Below, piece after piece: positions 19,712 to 29,043 of a stretch of 64,000 nucleotides of DNA (positions within the stretch are counted from its first letter, which is position 1; each line of letters starts with the position of its first letter). This DNA is from Clostridia bacterium. GTDB taxonomy: Bacteria > Bacillota > Clostridia > Oscillospirales > CAG-272. The notes beneath the pieces are model-generated. The model was not told the origin of the DNA, did not search any database, and saw nothing but the letters and a program-made list of their open reading frames with translations. Made by a program: the position numbers and the translations under genes. The DNA lies in contig JAFWXZ010000011.1 of NCBI GenBank assembly GCA_017522795.1, positions 7,131 to 71,130 of the forward strand, read 5' to 3'.

Positions 19712-21076
19712 ATGAAAAAACTCTTTCAGGGAGCTGTAGGCAGACTGCTTCTGCTTATACTTTCGCTCTCTATTATTCTCTCCTCACTCACATCATGCGA
19801 CCTTTTCTCGTACGTGGCAGACGAGAAGAACGAGATACAGGGCAACATTGACTCCACCGAGGAGCCTAAGGAATTCGAGTACGTTTCCGAATATCTTCGC
19901 GACTGGGGTATGCCCGTTTTTGATACAATAAAATTTCAGTTTTTTGAGTCCTGCTTTATACAGCTCTACAACCTGAACGCAATGCCCGACACTCTCACTC
20001 ACGCAAAGGAGACCGCAAGGATCTTCCTCGATGAGCATTACGACGTGATCAATAAAAGCAACAAGAGCGAGGTGACAAACACATTGCTCGCCTGCTATAT
20101 ATCGGTGCTTGGCGACCCCTACTCTATGTACCGTCCCCCCGTTGAGACCGAGGACTTTATGACCGATATGAGCGGCAAGTTCGGCGGCATCGGCGTTATG
20201 GTCGAGTACAACGATCTGGACGAGAGCATTATGGTAAACACCGTTTACCCCGAGTCACCTGCGGAAAGGGCGGGTGTCAAGGTCGGCGACTTTATCTACG
20301 CGGTTGACGGCAAGACGGTTGAGGAGCTTGGCTACACCAAGGCGGTAAATTATGTCAGGGGTGAGATAGGCACCGACGTCACCCTTACCCTTCTGCGTGA
20401 CGGCGAGCTTGTCACCGTAACGGCTACCAGAGCCGAGGTTGAGGAGATCAACGTTTCCTACACGATTATTCCCGACACAAATCTTGGATACGTACAGATC
20501 GTATCCTTTAAGGATAACACCTTCCCACAGTTTAAAGAGGCTATCGACGAGCTTATGACGAAGGGCGTGGAGGGTATCGTATTCGATCTGCGCGGAAATC
20601 CGGGCGGATACGTTGACAGCGTTATTTCGGTTATTTCCTACCTTATTCCCGACGGACACGTGGTTATGAGCTATCAGTACAAGGGCAAGGACACCGTCAC
20701 CCTCTTTGCAGATGATGCGGGAGAGGAGGACCACGTGGTAAATCTTCCCTTCACTGTTATCTGCAACGAGTATACTGCCTCGGCAGGTGAGATATTCACA
20801 GCGGCAATGAGAGATTACCGCGACATCGGCATAATCGACGCCACTATCGTAGGAACAAACACCTACGGCAAGGGCATTATGCAGAACACCTACTACTATC
20901 CCTTTGACAAGTCCACGGTCACATTGACCGTAGCCTACTACAATCCTCCCTGCGGAACTAACTACCACGGCACAGGCGTTCAGCCCGACCGTGCAGTAGA
21001 GCTTGACGAGGATGGCGAGGACAATCAGCTTTCAGCTGCCATCGAGGAGCTGAAAAAGCTTGTTAATGACAACTAA
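19712..21076 (+). CDS. S41-family C-terminal processing (tail-specific) peptidase
   Basis: Start moved to MKKLFQG with a signal/lipobox-like LTSC. A PDZ segment is present (VYPESPAERAGVKVGDFIYAVDG), along with DLRGNPGG and the catalytic Ser context SASAGEIF. Confidence 0.88.
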   Translation: MKKLFQGAVGRLLLLILSLSIILSSLTSCDLFSYVADEKNEIQGNIDSTEEPKEFEYVSEYLRDWGMPVFDTIKFQFFESCFIQLYNLNAMPDTLTHAKETARIFLDEHYDVINKSNKSEVTNTLLACYISVLGDPYSMYRPPVETEDFMTDMSGKFGGIGVMVEYNDLDESIMVNTVYPESPAERAGVKVGDFIYAVDGKTVEELGYTKAVNYVRGEIGTDVTLTLLRDGELVTVTATRAEVEEINVSYTIIPDTNLGYVQIVSFKDNTFPQFKEAIDELMTKGVEGIVFDLRGNPGGYVDSVISVISYLIPDGHVVMSYQYKGKDTVTLFADDAGEEDHVVNLPFTVICNEYTASAGEIFTAAMRDYRDIGIIDATIVGTNTYGKGIMQNTYYYPFDKSTVTLTVAYYNPPCGTNYHGTGVQPDRAVELDEDGEDNQLSAAIEELKKLVNDN

Positions 21077-21117
21077 TCTTTACAAAATAAACTTTTTTTC
21101 AGGAGAAAACAATTAAA

Positions 21118-21591
21118 ATGGAACAGAAGACCTACACCCAGGCAGGCTACGATGCGCTCAAGCGCGAGCTTGCTGATATAAATGAAAAGATTGAGCTTAA
21201 TAAGAAAGACATTTCCACCGCGCGCTCCTATGGCGACCTTTCGGAGAACTCCGAGTACGACGAGGCAAAGCAGGAGCAAGGCAAGCTTCACGTAAGAAAG
21301 GCTGAGCTTGAGGAGATGATCGCAAACGCAAAGATCGTTGACGAAAGCCAGATCGACGAAAAGAAGATCAGCGTTGGCTCTATCGTAGTCGTTAAGAGCG
21401 ACAGACTCGGTGAGAAGACCTACCACATCGTAGGCTCCTACGAGACCGACCCCAAGAGCGGAAAGATCTCCGATGCGTCTCCCATCGGACTTGCACTTAT
21501 CGGTGCCAGCGAGGGTGACACCGTTGTCGTAAACGCGGCAAAGGGCGCAATGGAGCTTAAGGTTCTCAGCGTGACCAGAGCTAAGATCTAA
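21118..21591 (+). CDS. greA: Transcription elongation factor GreA
   Basis: 157 aa with the coiled-coil N-domain containing DLSENSEYD and a GreA C-domain. Confidence 0.93.
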   Translation: MEQKTYTQAGYDALKRELADINEKIELNKKDISTARSYGDLSENSEYDEAKQEQGKLHVRKAELEEMIANAKIVDESQIDEKKISVGSIVVVKSDRLGEKTYHIVGSYETDPKSGKISDASPIGLALIGASEGDTVVVNAAKGAMELKVLSVTRAKI

Positions 21592-21621
21592 GCGTAGCAA
21601 AGACGAAAGGACGTTTTTAAA

Positions 21622-23130
21622 ATGGCAAACGAGAATGTAAATCAGACCCCAAGCAGCACCAATGAGCTTGCGGTTCGCCGCGAGAAGCTCAACAACCTTT
21701 ACGCTTCGGGCAACAATCCCTTTGAAATAACCAAGTTTGACAGAACTCACGAGGCTCCCGATGCTATCGCGCTCTTTGAGGAGAAGGAAAGCACTCTTGC
21801 CGAGGGCGAGACTATCAACGTTCGCCTTGCGGGTAGAATGGTAAGCCGCAGGATTATGGGTAAGGCATCCTTCGCTCATATGCTTGACGGCGCGGGCAAG
21901 ATCCAGCTTTACGTTTCCCGCGACGGCGTTGGCGAGGAGGTTTACGCAGGCTTCAAGAAGTGGGACGTTGGTGATATTATCGGTGTTGAGGGACATCTCT
22001 TCCGCACCAGAACAGGCGAGATCTCCGTACACGTGACGGGCATTACCCTGCTTGCAAAGTCGCTGCTTCCCCTCCCCGAGAAGTTCCACGGTCTTACCAA
22101 CCTTGAGCAGAGATACAGACAGAGATACGTTGACCTTATCGTAAATCCCGAGGTTAAGGACACCTTCGTAAAGAGATCCAAGATCCTTTCTCTTATCAGA
22201 AGCTACCTTGATTCCAAGGGCTATCTTGAGGTTGATACCCCCATACTTCTTCCTATTGAGATCGGTGCATCTGCCCGTTCCTTCAAGACACATCACAACA
22301 CCCTTGACATTCCTATGTACCTCCGTATAGAGACCGAGCTTTACTTGAAGCGCCTTATCGTCGGCGGTATGCACAAGGTATATGAGGTTGGCCGTATCTT
22401 CAGAAACGAGGGTATGGACCCCAAGCACAACCCCGAGTTCACCACCATCGAGCTTTACGAGGCGTTCACCGACTACTACGGCATGATGGATCTGGTTGAG
22501 GAGCTTTACAAGATGCTCGCTCGCGAGGTTTGCGGCGATACAAAGATCACCTATCAGGGCACCGAGATCGACCTCGGTCACTGGGAGAGACTTACTATGG
22601 TTGACGCGGTTAAGAAGTATGCAGGCGTTGATTACAACGATTGGCAGAGCGACGAGGATGCAAGAGCTGATGCAAAGAAGCATCACGTTGAGGTTCCCGC
22701 TGACGCTACCAAGGGTACCGTGCTTGTAGAATTCTTCGACGCGTTTGTTGAGGATAAGCTTGTACAGCCCACCTTCATCTACGACTATCCCGTTGAGAAC
22801 TCTCCTCTCGCAAAGAGAAAGCCCACCGATCCCGCCTTCACCGAGAGATTCGAGTACTTCATCAACTGCACCGAGATGGGCAACGCCTTCTCCGAGCTTA
22901 ACGATCCCATCGACCAGCGCGAGAGATTTGAGAGCCAGGTTGCAAAGAAGAAGGCAGAGGATCCCGATTCTCCCGCAGAGGTTGACTACGATTACGTCAC
23001 CGCCCTCGAGTACGGTATGCCTCCCACAGGCGGTCTCGGCTTCGGCATTGACAGACTCGTTATGCTTCTCACCGACTCTGCTTCTATCAGGGACGTACTG
23101 TTGTTCCCTACTATGAAGCCCGAAACATAA
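21622..23130 (+). CDS. lysS: Lysine--tRNA ligase (class II)
   Basis: 502 aa with an OB-fold N-domain and class II motifs (FRNEG, GGLGFGIDRLVMLL). Confidence 0.95.
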   Translation: MANENVNQTPSSTNELAVRREKLNNLYASGNNPFEITKFDRTHEAPDAIALFEEKESTLAEGETINVRLAGRMVSRRIMGKASFAHMLDGAGKIQLYVSRDGVGEEVYAGFKKWDVGDIIGVEGHLFRTRTGEISVHVTGITLLAKSLLPLPEKFHGLTNLEQRYRQRYVDLIVNPEVKDTFVKRSKILSLIRSYLDSKGYLEVDTPILLPIEIGASARSFKTHHNTLDIPMYLRIETELYLKRLIVGGMHKVYEVGRIFRNEGMDPKHNPEFTTIELYEAFTDYYGMMDLVEELYKMLAREVCGDTKITYQGTEIDLGHWERLTMVDAVKKYAGVDYNDWQSDEDARADAKKHHVEVPADATKGTVLVEFFDAFVEDKLVQPTFIYDYPVENSPLAKRKPTDPAFTERFEYFINCTEMGNAFSELNDPIDQRERFESQVAKKKAEDPDSPAEVDYDYVTALEYGMPPTGGLGFGIDRLVMLLTDSASIRDVLLFPTMKPET

Positions 23131-23167
23131 TAAGCCTGAAGTATAACAAAAACAAACATATTTTAAT

Positions 23168-23203
23168 AAAACCGACGGGGGTATTGCACTTTCGTCGGTT
23201 TTG
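23168..23203 (+). terminator. Intrinsic terminator after lysS
   Basis: ACCGACG (23171-23177) pairs with CGTCGGT (23193-23199), followed by TTTTG. It overlaps the next promoter. Confidence 0.7.
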
Positions 23204-23212
23204 TGCTATACT
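23184..23212 (+). promoter_or_regulatory. Sigma-A-type promoter of the SPFH gene
   Basis: TTGCAC-17-TATACT with an extended -10 TGTGC. It is nearly the same ~30-nt module as the promoter at 24309-24337. Confidence 0.5.
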
Positions 23213-23276
23213 AAAGATAATTCAACTGTAATAAGCAAAAAATTATGGGAGAAAATATTATAAAAGGAGAAAAAAT

Positions 23277-24227
23277 ATGGTTTTCTTTATTATTGCTTTA
23301 GTCTTGATCGCTATCGGCTCTCTTTGCAGCGCGTGCGTTAAGATCGTTCCCCAGACCTACGAGTACGTTATCGAGTTTCTCGGTAAGTACAAGACCACCT
23401 GGAAGGCAGGACTGCACTTTAAGCTTCCTGTCGTTGAAAAAATCATAAACAAGGTGACCGTAAAGGAGCAGGTGCTTGATTCTCCTCCCCAGCCCGTTAT
23501 CACAAAGGATAACGTCACCATGCAGATCGACACCGTTATATACTACTCTATCTATGACGCAAAGCTGTATGCCTACGGTGCAGTGAATCCTATCTCCGCT
23601 CTGGCAAACCTTGCAGCGACAACCCTTCGTAACCTTGTCGGTGAGCTTGAGCTTGACGGCACGCTTACCTCCAGAGATACAATTAACGCGAAGATGACCG
23701 AGATCCTTGACGAAGCTACCGACAAATGGGGCATCAAGGTTAATCGCGTGGAGCTGAAAAACATTATTCCTCCCGCAGAGATCCAGAATGCGATGGAAAA
23801 GCAGATGAAGGCAGAGCGTGACCGCCGTGAGACACTGCTCCAGGCAGAGGGACACAAGGCGGCTGCTATTACCCGCGCAGAGGGTGACAAGCAGGCTATG
23901 ATCCTCGCCGCAGAGGGTGAGCGCGATGCGAGAATTGCCCGTGCAGAGGGTGAGGCAAAGGCTATCTTCCTTGCAAAGAAGGCAGAGGCTGACGGTCTGC
24001 GCGCGCTCAAGGAGGCTGGCGTTGACGCGGCTGTGCTTGAGATCAAGAAGTACGAGGCTCTCGTTGCTATGTCCAACGGCAAGGCATCCAAGATCATCGT
24101 TCCCACAGATGCCGTCGAGATGACAAAGGCTAACGTGATGTTCTCCGAGATCTCGGGTCTTGGCGACGTGACACAGCCTGCGCCCGACGAGGCTCCTGTA
24201 GTCAAGGATGATCCCTGCTGCGATTAA
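23277..24227 (+). CDS. SPFH/Band 7 (stomatin/prohibitin-like) membrane protein
   Basis: 316 aa with an N-terminal TM, an SPFH core (ITKDNVTMQIDTVIYY) and an A/E/K-rich coiled-coil. Confidence 0.85.
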   Translation: MVFFIIALVLIAIGSLCSACVKIVPQTYEYVIEFLGKYKTTWKAGLHFKLPVVEKIINKVTVKEQVLDSPPQPVITKDNVTMQIDTVIYYSIYDAKLYAYGAVNPISALANLAATTLRNLVGELELDGTLTSRDTINAKMTEILDEATDKWGIKVNRVELKNIIPPAEIQNAMEKQMKAERDRRETLLQAEGHKAAAITRAEGDKQAMILAAEGERDARIARAEGEAKAIFLAKKAEADGLRALKEAGVDAAVLEIKKYEALVAMSNGKASKIIVPTDAVEMTKANVMFSEISGLGDVTQPAPDEAPVVKDDPCCD

Positions 24228-24261
24228 AGAATAACAACCGACTGTAAAGCAGTCGTCAGAG

Positions 24262-24300
24262 TCTGCCCCGAGCCAATTGCTCGGGGCGGATTTTTATTTT
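24262..24300 (+). terminator. Intrinsic terminator after the SPFH gene
   Basis: GCCCCGAGC (24265-24273) pairs with GCTCGGGGC (24279-24287), followed by GGATTTTTATTTT. Confidence 0.8.
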
Positions 24301-24308
24301 CAAGGGTA

Positions 24309-24337
24309 TTGCGCTTTAGTAGGTTTTGTGCTACAAT
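24309..24337 (+). promoter_or_regulatory. Sigma-A-type promoter of cca
   Basis: TTGCGC-17-TACAAT with an extended -10 TGTGC. Confidence 0.5.
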
Positions 24338-24371
24338 AATATAAATGAAGAAAAGGAAGGAGGATTGACGG

Positions 24372-25727
24372 ATGCCTACTACCGATAAGAATATGGAAAT
24401 GGCGAGGCGGATTGCCGGGGCGGTTGACAGCGCGGGCGGCGTTGCTTATTTCGTCGGCGGATACGTGAGAGATCTGCTGATGGGCGAAGCAGGCAAGGAC
24501 ATTGACGTTGAAATACACGGTCTGACGCCCGACGAGCTTAAAGGAATACTCGACTCACTGGGTCAGAGGCTTGATATAGGCGAGAGCTTTGGCATTTTCG
24601 GGCTTCGTGGATACTCTATCGACATCGCTATGCCGAGGCGGGAAAGCTGTCGCGGGCGCGGACACCGGGATTTTGACATCTTTGTTGATCCTCATATCGG
24701 CACTCTCGGCGCGGCGCGCAGGCGCGACTTTACTATAAATGCAATGATGCAGAATATTCTGACGGGTGAGATCATCGACCACTACGGCGGCAGAGAGGAT
24801 CTTGAAAAAAAACTGATCCGCCACGTAGACGGGCACTCCTTTGCCGAGGATCCCCTGCGAGTGCTTCGCGGAGCGCAGTTTGCGGCGAGATTTGAGTTTG
24901 AGATTGCCGACGAGACGGTAGAGCTGTGCAGTCAAATGGACATCTCCACCCTTCCGAGAGAGAGAATACTCGGCGAGCTCGAAAAGGCGCTGCTGAAGGC
25001 CACTCGTCCCTCTATCTTCTTTGAAATGCTGAGAAGAATGGATCAGCTTGACGTATGGTTCCCCGAGTTAAAAAGCCTTATAGGCATAGAGCAAAACCCA
25101 AAATATCACACCGAGGGTGACGTGTGGGTACACACAATGATGGTGCTGGATCAGGCGGCAAAACTTCGGGAATTTGCGAAAAGCCGCCTTGGCTTTATGC
25201 TATCCGCACTATGTCACGACTACGGCAAAGCGATCTGCACCGAGATCATCAAGGGTGAGATACACTGCTACGGTCACGAAGTAGCGGGACTGCCCCTTGT
25301 CAAAGCCTTTATGAACAGGATTACAAGCGAGGGGGGACTTACCAAATACGTGCTGAATATGGCGGAGCATCATATGAAGCCAAACGCGCTGGCGGCACAG
25401 GGCGCATCGGTCAAATCTACCAACAGAATGTTTGACTGCTCGGTAGATCCCGAGGGGCTTCTCTGCCTTGCTATCGCAGACGGTCTCGGCAAGACTTCAC
25501 CAAGAGAGTATGTTTCTTACAATGATTTCTTCCGCGAGAGGCTGGCTACCTACCGCGAGTATATGGCGCGCCCCTTCGTGATGGGACAGGACCTTATCGA
25601 TGCGGGACTGAAGCCCGACAAGCGCTTCTCCGAGTATCTTGAATACGCCCACAAGCTTCGCCTTGCGGGAGTGGAAAAGGAGTCTGCGCTGAAGCAGACA
25701 TTAAGCCTTGCCAGAAAACGCAAATAA
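24372..25727 (+). CDS. cca: CCA-adding tRNA nucleotidyltransferase / poly(A) polymerase-family protein with HD domain
   Basis: 451 aa. The nucleotidyltransferase head (GGYVRDLLMG...DIDVE) is followed by RRDFTINAM and an HD-type phosphohydrolase region (HDYGK). Confidence 0.8.
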   Translation: MPTTDKNMEMARRIAGAVDSAGGVAYFVGGYVRDLLMGEAGKDIDVEIHGLTPDELKGILDSLGQRLDIGESFGIFGLRGYSIDIAMPRRESCRGRGHRDFDIFVDPHIGTLGAARRRDFTINAMMQNILTGEIIDHYGGREDLEKKLIRHVDGHSFAEDPLRVLRGAQFAARFEFEIADETVELCSQMDISTLPRERILGELEKALLKATRPSIFFEMLRRMDQLDVWFPELKSLIGIEQNPKYHTEGDVWVHTMMVLDQAAKLREFAKSRLGFMLSALCHDYGKAICTEIIKGEIHCYGHEVAGLPLVKAFMNRITSEGGLTKYVLNMAEHHMKPNALAAQGASVKSTNRMFDCSVDPEGLLCLAIADGLGKTSPREYVSYNDFFRERLATYREYMARPFVMGQDLIDAGLKPDKRFSEYLEYAHKLRLAGVEKESALKQTLSLARKRK

Positions 25728-25751
25728 ATAGACAACTTTTTAAAAAAACTC

Positions 25752-25780
25752 TTGACATTTCGACTACTTTCTGCTAAAAT
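25752..25780 (+). promoter_or_regulatory. Sigma-A-type promoter of the T-box leader
   Basis: TTGACA (25752-25757), 17-nt spacer, TAAAAT (25775-25780). Confidence 0.65.
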
Positions 25781-25786
25781 TGATGT

Positions 25787-26075
25787 ATCTTTTATTTTTT
25801 CAAAGGCGTTTGAGCGAAGAATAGTACCGTTTGTACGGATGATCAGAGAGCTGTCGGTTGGTGTGAGACAGAGATCCGTTGGGCGTGAATTCACTTCGTT
25901 AGCCGTTCGCTGAAACCCAGATGGCAGTAAAGTAGGCGACACCGGGTGCGACCGTTATATCGCTACGGGTGTGTTAGCACCTAACGAGGCAATCCTCGCG
26001 AGAGGATTGTAAAGCAGAGTGGTACCGCGTAATTTTACGTCCCTGTGTTATTTTTAGCACAGGGACTTTTTATTT
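25787..26075 (+). promoter_or_regulatory. T-box riboswitch leader, predicted specifier UUC (Phe), with terminator/antiterminator
   Basis: Stem I elements are AGUA, AGAGAG (25845-25850) and a distal GGUGUGA. The specifier context is GAA-UUC-A at 25887-25893. The T-box motif AGAGUGGUACCGCG lies at 26016-26029. The terminator is CCCTGTG (26041-26047) with CACAGGG (26059-26065), then ACTTTTTATTTTT. Confidence 0.85.
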
Positions 26076-26132
26076 TTGGTAATTGGCGCAGATGTGCGCA
26101 CATTATATACACTTTTCCGGAGGAAAAACAAA

Positions 26133-27161
26133 ATGAAAAAAATCACATCCATTATTCTCACACTGGCGCTGCTTCTTGGTGCCTGCCTTTCAATCACCTC
26201 TTGCGTTGACGAGGGCAATAAGATAAAGGTAAATCCCGACAAGGAGCATTATGTTGTCGGTATATGTCAGCTTGCTCCCCACGACGCGCTTGATGCGGCT
26301 ACCGAGGGCTTTAAGACCGCTCTAACCGAGGCTCTCGCTAAGGAAGGCAGAACGGTTGAGTTTAAATATCAGAATGCACAGGGAGATTCCAACACCTGTA
26401 CCACTATCGTAAGCTCCTTTGTTGCAGAGGACGTGGATCTTATTATGGCGAACGCCACCGCTGCGCTTCAGGCTGCGGCAAACGCGACGCTTACCATCCC
26501 CGTGCTTGGCACATCCATCACCGAGTACGGCGTGGCTCTTGAGCTTGACGGCTTTGACGGCACCGTAGGCGGCAACATCTCGGGTACATCCGACCTTGCT
26601 CCCCTTACCACTCAGGCGCAGATGATGATCGACACCCTCGGTCTTAAGTCGGGTGACAAGGTTGGTCTGCTCTACTGCTCCTCCGAGCCTAACTCTCAGT
26701 ATCAGGTTGACGAGGTCGAGAAGTATCTAACCGAAAAGGGTATCGCCTGCACACACTACAAGTTCAACGATTCAAACGATCTTCAGAACATAACTCTGAG
26801 CGCGGCTGAAAACTGTGACGCTATCTACGTTCCCACCGATAATACTGCAGCAAGCAATACCTCTATCATCAACAATGTTTGCGAGCCCGCGAAGATTCCC
26901 GTATTTGCAGGCGAGCAGGATACCTGTAAGGGCTGTGGCTATGCTACCCTTGCTATCAGCTATGCGAACATAGGTAAGAAGACAGGTGAGATGGCAGCAA
27001 AGATCCTTCTCGGTCAGGCTGACATCACCACTATGGCTATCGACTACGACGCAGAGCCCGTTAAGAAGTACAGCGAGACTGCATGCGTAAATCTCGGCAT
27101 TGACGTCGAGGCACTCAAGGAGGCAGGATACACCGTTATCCCCGGCACTGAGGTTGAATAA
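26133..27161 (+). CDS. ABC transporter substrate-binding lipoprotein (COG2984 / ABC_sub_bind-type)
   Basis: Start moved to MKKITSIILTLALLLGACLSITSC (lipobox). The mature part YVVGICQLAPHDALDAATEGFKTAL resembles the uncharacterised-family binding proteins that pair with COG4120/COG1101 partners. Confidence 0.8.
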   Translation: MKKITSIILTLALLLGACLSITSCVDEGNKIKVNPDKEHYVVGICQLAPHDALDAATEGFKTALTEALAKEGRTVEFKYQNAQGDSNTCTTIVSSFVAEDVDLIMANATAALQAAANATLTIPVLGTSITEYGVALELDGFDGTVGGNISGTSDLAPLTTQAQMMIDTLGLKSGDKVGLLYCSSEPNSQYQVDEVEKYLTEKGIACTHYKFNDSNDLQNITLSAAENCDAIYVPTDNTAASNTSIINNVCEPAKIPVFAGEQDTCKGCGYATLAISYANIGKKTGEMAAKILLGQADITTMAIDYDAEPVKKYSETACVNLGIDVEALKEAGYTVIPGTEVE

Positions 27162-27184
27162 AATACACTTATTTCGGAGTTAAA

Positions 27185-28114
27185 ATGGGCTTTATCAATG
27201 CGATTCCCGGCGCGGTAGCGCAGGGACTTATCTGGGGACTTTTTGCAATAGGTCTCTACATTTCTTATAAAATTCTTGACATTGCCGATCTTACGGTTGA
27301 CGGCTCGATATGTACGGGCGCATGTGTGCTGGCGGCACTTATGTCAAGGGGCGTAAACGTATATCTATGTATCCTTATCGCCTTTCTCGCAGGTGCAGCG
27401 GCAGGCGCTGTCACAGGACTTTTCCACACGGCTATGGGCATTCCCCCTATTCTGTCGGGCATTCTGACACAGCTGATACTCTGGTCGGTGAACCTTAAGA
27501 TTCTCGGCAAGGCAAACGTATCTATCAGCTCGAGAAAATATCCCGTGCTCCTTTCATCAATAGACAACCTGGGAGCGATTATCGTATCGGCAGTTTTCTG
27601 CGCACTGATTATCGTGGGACTGTTTCTCTTCTTCTACACCGAGATCGGTCTTACCCTCAAGTCCACGGGTGACAACGAGGCTATGAGCCGCGCGCAGGGA
27701 GTAAACGTAAGCTTCAACAAGGTGCTTGGTCTTGCGATATCAAACGGAATTATCGCGGTTTCGGGCGCGCTGTTGGCGCAGTATCAGGGCTTTGCCGATA
27801 TAAATATGGGACGCGGTGCGATAGTTATCGGTCTTGCGGCAATTATAATCGGCCTTTCGGTATCTCTTAAGATCAAGCCTAACTTCGTCGTTTCACTTAT
27901 CGGCGTTGTAGGCGGCGGAATAGTTTATTACCTTGTTTATTCCTTCGTTATCTTCCTCGGTCTTGACACAGACCTACTCAAGATGCTGTCTGCGATCGTG
28001 GTAGCAATATTCCTTGCTCTTCCCTACCTTAAGGCAAAGTACTTTAACAAGGCAAAGGCAAAGGACAAGCCAGCGGTGGCAAAAAATCAGGCGGGAGGTG
28101 AGGAGAATGCTTAA
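27185..28114 (+). CDS. ABC transporter permease (COG4120-type)
   Basis: 309 aa, highly hydrophobic with about 8-10 TM segments. It lies between the binding protein and the ATPase. Confidence 0.8.
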   Translation: MGFINAIPGAVAQGLIWGLFAIGLYISYKILDIADLTVDGSICTGACVLAALMSRGVNVYLCILIAFLAGAAAGAVTGLFHTAMGIPPILSGILTQLILWSVNLKILGKANVSISSRKYPVLLSSIDNLGAIIVSAVFCALIIVGLFLFFYTEIGLTLKSTGDNEAMSRAQGVNVSFNKVLGLAISNGIIAVSGALLAQYQGFADINMGRGAIVIGLAAIIIGLSVSLKIKPNFVVSLIGVVGGGIVYYLVYSFVIFLGLDTDLLKMLSAIVVAIFLALPYLKAKYFNKAKAKDKPAVAKNQAGGEENA

Positions 28115-28901
28115 GATAACCAATCTTCACAAGACCTTTATGCCCGGAACGATAAACGAGAAAAAGGCGCTTAACGGTCTTAGTCTGACTATTAACGAGG
28201 GCGATTTCGTCACCGTAATCGGCGGAAACGGCGCGGGCAAGAGTACTCTGCTCAACGCTATTTCGGGCGTATGGAAGCCTGACGAGGGCACAATCGAGAT
28301 CGACGGCGTTGACGTGACGAATATGCCCGAGCATAAGCGCGCAGCCTTTCTCGGCAGAGTTTTCCAGGATCCGATGAAGGGCACGGCACCCGATATGGAG
28401 ATCGCCGAAAACCTGTCCATTGCAGATCGCAGAGGAACGAAGCGCCGCTTCAGATGGGGCTGCACCAAAGCGGACAGAGAGAAGTATAAAAAGCTGCTCG
28501 CCAGCCTTGAGCTTGGACTCGAGGACAGGCTTTCCTCCAAGGTAGGTCTGCTTTCGGGCGGTCAAAGACAGGCTGTCACTCTGCTTATGGCGACTATCAG
28601 AAAGCCGAAGATTCTTCTGCTTGACGAGCATACTGCGGCTCTTGACCCAAAAACCGCCGCAAAGGTGCTTGAGATAACAGACAAAATAGTAAACGAAAAC
28701 CGTCTTACCACCCTTATGATAACACACAATATGCGCGATGCCATCAGTCACGGCAACCGTCTTATTATGCTCCACGAGGGCAGAGTTATAATCGACGTGG
28801 CAGGCGAGGAAAAGTCAAGGCTTACCGTTGAGGATCTGCTGGAGATGTTCAACAAGGCAAGTGGCGACCATTTCTCAAGCGACAGAGCAATTCTTTCTTA
28901 A
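28107..28901 (+). CDS. ABC transporter ATP-binding protein (COG1101-type)
   Basis: Start moved to MLKITNLHKTF with an 8-nt overlap on the permease gene and GGAGGTGAGGAG upstream. Walker A GGNGAGKST, signature LSGGQRQ and Walker B LLLDEHTAALD are present. Confidence 0.88.
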   Translation: MLKITNLHKTFMPGTINEKKALNGLSLTINEGDFVTVIGGNGAGKSTLLNAISGVWKPDEGTIEIDGVDVTNMPEHKRAAFLGRVFQDPMKGTAPDMEIAENLSIADRRGTKRRFRWGCTKADREKYKKLLASLELGLEDRLSSKVGLLSGGQRQAVTLLMATIRKPKILLLDEHTAALDPKTAAKVLEITDKIVNENRLTTLMITHNMRDAISHGNRLIMLHEGRVIIDVAGEEKSRLTVEDLLEMFNKASGDHFSSDRAILS

Positions 28902-28908
28902 AATATCA

Positions 28909-28937
28909 GAAAAAACCGAGCAAGCGCTCGGTTTTTC
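28909..28937 (+). terminator. Intrinsic terminator after the ABC operon
   Basis: AACCGAGC-aag-GCTCGGTT, followed by TTTCT. Confidence 0.75.
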
Positions 28938-29043
28938 TATTATTTAGGGTTGATTTTAAAGTAAATATATGATAAAATATATAAGTTAATCAAAAAAAAG
29001 AAGAAGCAAAGCTTTTTCTTCTTTAAGGAAAAGGAAGAGTAAT

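Noticed and set aside
21073-22686. 537-aa minus-strand ORF spanning greA and lysS
   Set aside because: It is antisense to two unmistakable housekeeping genes, and a single ORF crossing two genes and their intergenic spacer is not plausible. The sequence is low in complexity and L/V/G-rich.
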